DNA of 53,227 nucleotides. Origin: Hyphomicrobiales bacterium (lineage in GTDB: Bacteria > Pseudomonadota > Alphaproteobacteria > Rhizobiales > Aestuariivirgaceae). Positions 40,266 to 53,227 of the stretch are shown here, piece by piece (position 1 is the first letter of the stretch; every line of letters begins with the position of its first letter). Location: contig JALUAB010000099.1 of assembly GCA_027051195.1 (NCBI GenBank), positions 1 to 53,227 of the forward strand. Reading direction: 5' to 3'. The notes under the pieces are model-generated. The model was given only the letters and a program-made list of their open reading frames with translations, made no database searches and had not been told where the DNA came from. The translations under genes were made by a program, and so were the position numbers.

Positions 40266-41018
40266 ATGACTGCCGAAGCCGCCGTTCAACAGGATCTGAC
40301 CATCGACACGGCTGCGCTGCTGGAAAACATCCCGCGCGCCCGGCTGGAGCGCATGCACGCCGCTGGCATGACCATTCTGGAGAGCTACCGCGCGCTGGAA
40401 AAGGCCGGGCGCAACGTCGTAGGCCAGTGCCTGGCGCACCAGGGAACCTTCTACGAGCTGGAGCACTACCCTCGCGGCGACGTGTTCGACGAAGAGTTCG
40501 GCGCCCAATACTATTACCATGCCCACCGCCCGGAAAGCGGCGAACACGGGCATTTCCACTGCTTTCTCCGCCGCGAGGGCATGCCCGTGGGCGCCCACCC
40601 GGTGAAAATGCCACCCGACACGCCCCGCCCCGTCGGCGAGGATGCCATCTGTCACCTCATCGCCATTTCCATGGATCCCATGGGCTACCCCACCCACCTG
40701 TTCACCACCAACCGCTGGGTCACCAACGAGACTTTCTACCCCGCGGATCAGACACTCGAGATGGTCGATCGCTTCCGGGTGGATCATGCCTGGCCGTGCC
40801 TGGCCACCAACAACTGGATCACCGCCATGCTGCAACTGTTCTGGCCGCAGATCCGCCTGCTGCTGAACGAGCGCGACCGCGTGATCGCCGACTGGGCGCG
40901 CCGCCACCCGGACGTGAACGTCTATGAAGACCGCGAGCTGGAGATCACCTCCATCATGCCCATCGACGTGGACGATCAGATCTCACGGGTGGAACGGGCG
41001 CTCACGGCCGTTCGCTGA
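40266..41018 (+). CDS. DUF6969-like protein with His-rich motifs
   Basis: HYPxxDV, QYYYHAH, EHGHFHCF, CHLIAISMD, FTTNRWVT motifs, recalled as DUF6969 (not searched). Confidence 0.7.
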   Translation: MTAEAAVQQDLTIDTAALLENIPRARLERMHAAGMTILESYRALEKAGRNVVGQCLAHQGTFYELEHYPRGDVFDEEFGAQYYYHAHRPESGEHGHFHCFLRREGMPVGAHPVKMPPDTPRPVGEDAICHLIAISMDPMGYPTHLFTTNRWVTNETFYPADQTLEMVDRFRVDHAWPCLATNNWITAMLQLFWPQIRLLLNERDRVIADWARRHPDVNVYEDRELEITSIMPIDVDDQISRVERALTAVR

Positions 41019-41154
41019 CCGTCCCCTTCGCTCTCACCCCCTTGTGATGCCTCGTGAAAAAGGTGTGAAGCCGCTAACCCGCGCGCGCTGGTAGGGTCGA
41101 ACATCGGCTGGCATTTGCCGGAGCCGGAATTCGAACCTGCAAGGAGGGAAGGAC

Positions 41155-42075
41155 ATGGATCACCTCGCGCGCAATCTCAGGACGGCGGCCCTGCCTCTGG
41201 CGCTTGGCGCCGGCCTGCTTGGCGCCGGCATGGCGGCACCGGCGCCGGCCGCGCCCTGCGCTCCCCGCATGAACGATCGCAAGGCCCCCTGCAATCCTTG
41301 CGCTGCGCATCCGAAGAACAGGATGCCCAGGTCCGCCAACCCCTGCGCGGCCAAAAATCCATGCGCCGCGAAGAAGCCCGCCAACCCCTGCAACCCGTGC
41401 GGCGCCGGCAAGATGATGAATCCATGCGCAGCCGGAAATCCGTGCGCGGCGCACGCGAGGGATTACATGATGCGCAAGGCCAACCCCTGCGCGGCCAAAA
41501 ATCCATGCGCCGCGAAGAAACCCGCCAACCCCTGCAACCCGTGCGGCGCCGAGAAGAAACCCATGAAGGACAGCATGAAGATGGGCCCGGAACGTCTGAA
41601 CGAGGCTTTCGCCGCCATCCTGCCTGCACTGAGGAAAACCTACCGCGGCGGCGGGCATTTCATCGCCGACGGCCGCTGGGCGGACTGGAAGAACTTCGCC
41701 ACAAGTCCCTACAGCGGCGAAACGCACGGCGGGCGCTATCTCGTGAATTACGCCAATCCGGTGGCGGCGAAGGTCTATGGCCGCTACGAGCAGCTGCGCC
41801 GCATGCCGGCTGGCGGCATCATCGCCAAGCCCTCCTTCACGCTTGAAGGCCGCAAGCCGAAGCCCGGCCCGCTGTTTGTGATGGAAAAGATGACGAAAGG
41901 CTGGAACAAGGCCACAGGAGACTGGCGCTACGCCATGATCCTGCCGGGCGGGAAGACCTACGGCGTAACGAAAGGCCCGAACGGCGACAAGGTAGCCTTT
42001 TGCAATGACTGTCACGCAACCGCGCAGGAAACCGACGCCCTTATGTTCTTGCCCGAGAAAGTGCGGGTGAACTGA
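41155..42075 (+). CDS. Secreted NPC-repeat protein fused to a cytochrome P460-like c-type cytochrome domain
   Basis: Signal peptide; 13 Pro-Cys motifs; C-terminal YANPVA, PxGxIIAK, VMEK, GDWRYA and CNDCH heme motif. Confidence 0.8.
   Translation: MDHLARNLRTAALPLALGAGLLGAGMAAPAPAAPCAPRMNDRKAPCNPCAAHPKNRMPRSANPCAAKNPCAAKKPANPCNPCGAGKMMNPCAAGNPCAAHARDYMMRKANPCAAKNPCAAKKPANPCNPCGAEKKPMKDSMKMGPERLNEAFAAILPALRKTYRGGGHFIADGRWADWKNFATSPYSGETHGGRYLVNYANPVAAKVYGRYEQLRRMPAGGIIAKPSFTLEGRKPKPGPLFVMEKMTKGWNKATGDWRYAMILPGGKTYGVTKGPNGDKVAFCNDCHATAQETDALMFLPEKVRVN
41335..41551 (+). repeat. Intragenic 73-bp direct repeat (144-bp offset)
   Basis: 41335-41407 vs 41479-41551, one synonymous mismatch, encodes ANPCAAKNPCAAKKPANPCNPCGA. 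Confidence 0.9.
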
Positions 42076-42099
42076 ACCCCGTCGCGGAACCGATGAAAT

Positions 42100-42132
42100 G
42101 GGGCGGAGCAAGGCGCTCCGTCCCCCTTCTTG
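42100..42132 (+). terminator. Putative intrinsic terminator between convergent genes
   Basis: GGGGCGGAGC-AAGGC-GCTCCGTCCC hairpin followed by CTTCTT. Confidence 0.5.
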
Positions 42133-42151
42133 ATTCAGGTGAAACCTGCGC

Positions 42152-42388
42152 TCAGCCCTGCAGCCAGGCGCGCACCTGCTCCGGTGTCGGCACGCTCCCC
42201 ACGTGCACGATCTCGCCATTGACCGCCACGCCCGGCGTGGACATGATACCGGCAGCCATGATCTCGGCCGTGTCGGTCACCTCTTTCACCTCCACCGGCA
42301 CGCCCATCTGCTCGGCGATCTGCCGGATCATGTCCTTTGTGTTCTGGCAGTTCTTGCAACCGGAACCGTAAACGGTGAACTCCTTCAT
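42152..42388 (-). CDS. Small thioredoxin-family redox-active disulfide protein (MTH895/ArsE-like)
   Basis: GSGCKNC, GIMSTPGV, G.VP; ATG at 42388 with AGGAG RBS. Confidence 0.9.
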   Translation of the reverse strand: MKEFTVYGSGCKNCQNTKDMIRQIAEQMGVPVEVKEVTDTAEIMAAGIMSTPGVAVNGEIVHVGSVPTPEQVRAWLQG

Positions 42389-42505
42389 GCTCCTTCTCCT
42401 TGTTGGCAGGGATGCGTTACACTTGGTTATCGTATGCATGGAAGAACGCCACGCCTTCGGCACGCTCTCTACGTCTGCAAAAGTCAAACACGCGACTGCG
42501 TGCTA

Positions 42506-42725
42506 GGCTCAGGACCCATAAAGGGCGTGGATGCCAGCGGCATTTTCGCGAAATATCGCTGGCTTTTCGCCCGCAGGGAATAGCCGAAGCTATTTCCAAG
42601 GGTGAAAAGCCAGCGAGATGAAGCGAAAATGTCGCCCGAAGGGTCTGGCGCAAAATCTCGATAATCCATTGCTAATTGCCGATTTTGCGCCAGACTGGCG
42701 CCGCGCAATTTATGGGTCCTGAGCC
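42506..42725. mobile_element. 220-bp MITE, copy 2
   Basis: Identical to 29470-29689 by eye; same TIRs; inserted in the CTAG that forms the permease stop codon. Confidence 0.92.
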
Positions 42726-43690
42726 TAGGCGAACAGCGCGTTGAACAGGTAGCCCACGACGATGAACGCCACGAACAGGATGCCGGCGAAGGTGGCGATC
42801 AGCTGGGGTTTCAGGACCTTGCGCAGGATGATCATCTCGGGCAGCGAGATGGCGGCCACGGACATCATGAGCGTCAGCACCGTGCCCACCGGCACGCCCT
42901 TGGCAAGCAGGCTCTCCACCACCGGGATGACGCCCGACGCGTTGGAATAAAGCGGAATGCCGATGAGTGCCGCCAGCGGCACGGCCAGGAAGTTGTCCGC
43001 CGCCGTCTGCTTCGCCAGCCACTCCGCCGGCACATACCCATGGAGAATGGCGCCTACCGCAATGCCAATGAACACATATTTCCAGATGCGCCCGACGATT
43101 TCGCGCACCTCGCGCTTCGCGAACGCGAGGCGGCCCTTCCACGAGGTGTCCGCCTGCGGCACCGCCACCTTGCCCATGCGGATCTGCCACACGTAGTCCT
43201 CCACCCACTTCTCCAGTTTCAGGACCTCGATGAGCAGGCCACCTATGATGCCCACGGTCATGCCGGCGATCACGTAAAGCGCCGCCACCTTCCACCCCAG
43301 GACGGCCGCCAGCAGAACCACCGCCACCTCGTTGATCATCGGCGAGGCGATGAGAAAGGCCATGGTCACGCCCAGCGGAATGCCGGCCTCGAGAAAGCCG
43401 ATGAACAGAGGCACCGACGAGCACGAGCAGAAGGGCGTGACCGCGCCCAGCGTCACTGCCAGCGGATAGGAGACAAATCGTGGCTTGCCGGCCACCAGCT
43501 GGCGCACCTTTTCCGGCGCGATCATGGCGCGCAGGAAGCCCATGGCGAAGACGATGACGACGAGTAGCGTGAAGATCTTGGTGGTGTCCTCGATGAAGAA
43601 ATGCACCGCTTCGCCGAAGCGCGAGCCGGGCTGAAGCCCCAGCCACTGCCATGCGATGGTATCGGCCAGCCACGTGAAAATGGCGAACAT
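42725..43690 (-). CDS. ArsP/DUF318 family permease
   Basis: TPFCSCSSVPLF, FLIASP, GIPLY, SLPE; located between ArsR and thioredoxin genes. Confidence 0.88.
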   Translation of the reverse strand: MFAIFTWLADTIAWQWLGLQPGSRFGEAVHFFIEDTTKIFTLLVVIVFAMGFLRAMIAPEKVRQLVAGKPRFVSYPLAVTLGAVTPFCSCSSVPLFIGFLEAGIPLGVTMAFLIASPMINEVAVVLLAAVLGWKVAALYVIAGMTVGIIGGLLIEVLKLEKWVEDYVWQIRMGKVAVPQADTSWKGRLAFAKREVREIVGRIWKYVFIGIAVGAILHGYVPAEWLAKQTAADNFLAVPLAALIGIPLYSNASGVIPVVESLLAKGVPVGTVLTLMMSVAAISLPEMIILRKVLKPQLIATFAGILFVAFIVVGYLFNALFA

Positions 43691-43762
43691 GATCTCGCTC
43701 CCTGCCTTTGAGGTTGGGGAATTGTCCTCGTGCCCGGTCGGATGATCGTGGCGCCGGGAAAA

Positions 43763-44122
43763 TCAGGAGGCGCGCCGCTCCGGCGGCCGGCTCTCCTCCT
43801 CCATGGTGGAAAGCCGTGCCGCGTCATCGGCGTAGGGCGCCCTGTCCCGCAGGCCCTCCAGCGTCGTGCGCAATACCGCCGCCGCCCAGTCCGGCAGCGT
43901 CGGGTTCAGCGAATAGTGCACCCACAGGCCCTGCTTGCGCGAGGCCACCAGCCCGCCCTTGCGCAACGCCGCCAGATGCGAGGAAACGCGCGGCTGCACC
44001 ATGTCCAGAGCGTGCACCAGCTCACACACGCACAGCTCGCCGTGCGCTGCCAAAAGCATCAGGATGCGCCGCCGCGTCGGTTCCGCCAGCGCGGAAAACA
44101 GCGCCTGTTCCACTGTTTCCAT
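43763..44122 (-). CDS. arsR: ArsR/SmtB family metalloregulator
   Basis: ALAEPTRRRIL, ELCVCEL metalloid-binding motif, HTH, GLWVHY. Confidence 0.88.
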   Translation of the reverse strand: METVEQALFSALAEPTRRRILMLLAAHGELCVCELVHALDMVQPRVSSHLAALRKGGLVASRKQGLWVHYSLNPTLPDWAAAVLRTTLEGLRDRAPYADDAARLSTMEEESRPPERRAS

Positions 44123-44161
44123 GGGAAGTCTCCGGGTGCAATGAACATCATCTGGCAAATA

Positions 44162-44181
44162 TATATACACGTGAGTATATA
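44162..44181. promoter_or_regulatory. Putative ArsR operator
   Basis: Perfect 7-6-7 inverted repeat TATATAC-ACGTGA-GTATATA, 40 bp upstream of arsR in an AT-rich promoter-like patch. Confidence 0.6.
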
Positions 44182-44194
44182 GCTCGCAAGCAAT

Positions 44195-44233
44195 AAAAAT
44201 GAAAACCCGCGGCCATGAAGCCGCGGGTTTCAT
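44195..44233 (-). terminator. Intrinsic terminator of rpoBC
   Basis: AAACCCGCGGC/GCCGCGGGTTT stem followed on the minus strand by TCATTTTT. Confidence 0.8.
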
Positions 44234-44260
44234 GATCGCATGAAACGGTCTGCGCAGGAC

Positions 44261-48541
<4,281 letters not shown>

Positions 48542-48639
48542 GTCCGGACACTCCTGGATATCGATGATTCTTCAAGTCGCCGCCGCTGTGGCACGGCGCC
48601 ACGCCGCCGGCGGCTCCTCCGCCGGCGGCGCGCAGATGC

Positions 48640-52785
<4,146 letters not shown>

Positions 52786-53113
52786 CGCTGCTCTTTCTCC
52801 TGCCGCGGCTCTGGTGCGGCCGCTCTTGCCGGTTTGAAACCTTTCCGCCCGTGCCCGCCTCCGGATGGGATAGCCGCCCGCAACCGATTGCGGAATGTTT
52901 TCCCATTCGCGAGACGGCGAAAGGCACGCAACACCTCACCCCGCCCCAGCCTCAGCCGGGGCGGAGAAAGGCGCCGTGCCAACCATCTGACGTCTGCCTG
53001 TCGCGCAAGGGGCCTGCCTGTCTGTCAGCCTTGCCTCCCGTGTGCCCGCCATGACCCCGCGGGCGAAGGCCGCCGGCGAGGGGCGCCCCGCCGGCGACGA
53101 AAAAAGCGAATGC

Positions 53114-53227
53114 TTACTTCAGCTCGACGGTCGCGCCCGCTTCCTCGAGCTTCTTCTTGATTTCCTCGGCCTCGTCCTTGGAGACGGCCTCCTTCACCAC
53201 GCCGCCCTTCTCCACCAGCTCCTTGGC
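53114..53227 (-). CDS. rplL: 50S ribosomal protein L7/L12 (3' end only)
   Basis: Manual translation [37 protein letters not shown]; upstream of rpoB. Confidence 0.95.
   Translation of the reverse strand, partial: AKELVEKGGVVKEAVSKDEAEEIKKKLEEAGATVELK

Noticed and set aside
52786-53113. Named ncRNA in the rplL-rpoB spacer
   Set aside because: Hairpins are present, as expected for this attenuator-containing spacer, but I cannot support a specific family

Overview
This is a high-GC chromosomal segment of an alphaproteobacterium. Gene order looks Hyphomicrobiales/Rhizobiales-like (inference from slt-dapA-smpB, alr-mlaEF-radA-cvpA-purF, bamE-cbp3-yceD-plsX and hom-glpX-recJ). Most of it is housekeeping: sbcDC, smpB, dapA, purF, radA, alr, queA, plsX, recJ, hom, xth, an Atm1-type ABC exporter, rplL-rpoB-rpoC and tRNA-Glu(TTC). 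No transposase, integrase, phage gene or CRISPR array is visible. Five things stand out. (1) A DUF6969-like His-motif protein sits next to a secreted protein with 13 Pro-Cys motifs (11 Asn-Pro-Cys) fused to a cytochrome P460-like CxxCH domain, facing an ArsR/ArsP/thioredoxin operon; this is a candidate undescribed metal-handling or peptide-modification system. (2) The syntenic glpX ORF is intact, but several catalytic and metal-binding residues are replaced. (3) Two identical 220-bp MITEs lie in CTAG sites, and a 161-bp relative has different ends but the same hairpin apex. (4) Clusters of (C/T)GTC-tagged REP-like palindromes show compensatory base changes. (5) A 162-bp periodic duplication preserves the 3' tail of a second methyltransferase allele. 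All protein family calls come from motif recognition, not from database searches.
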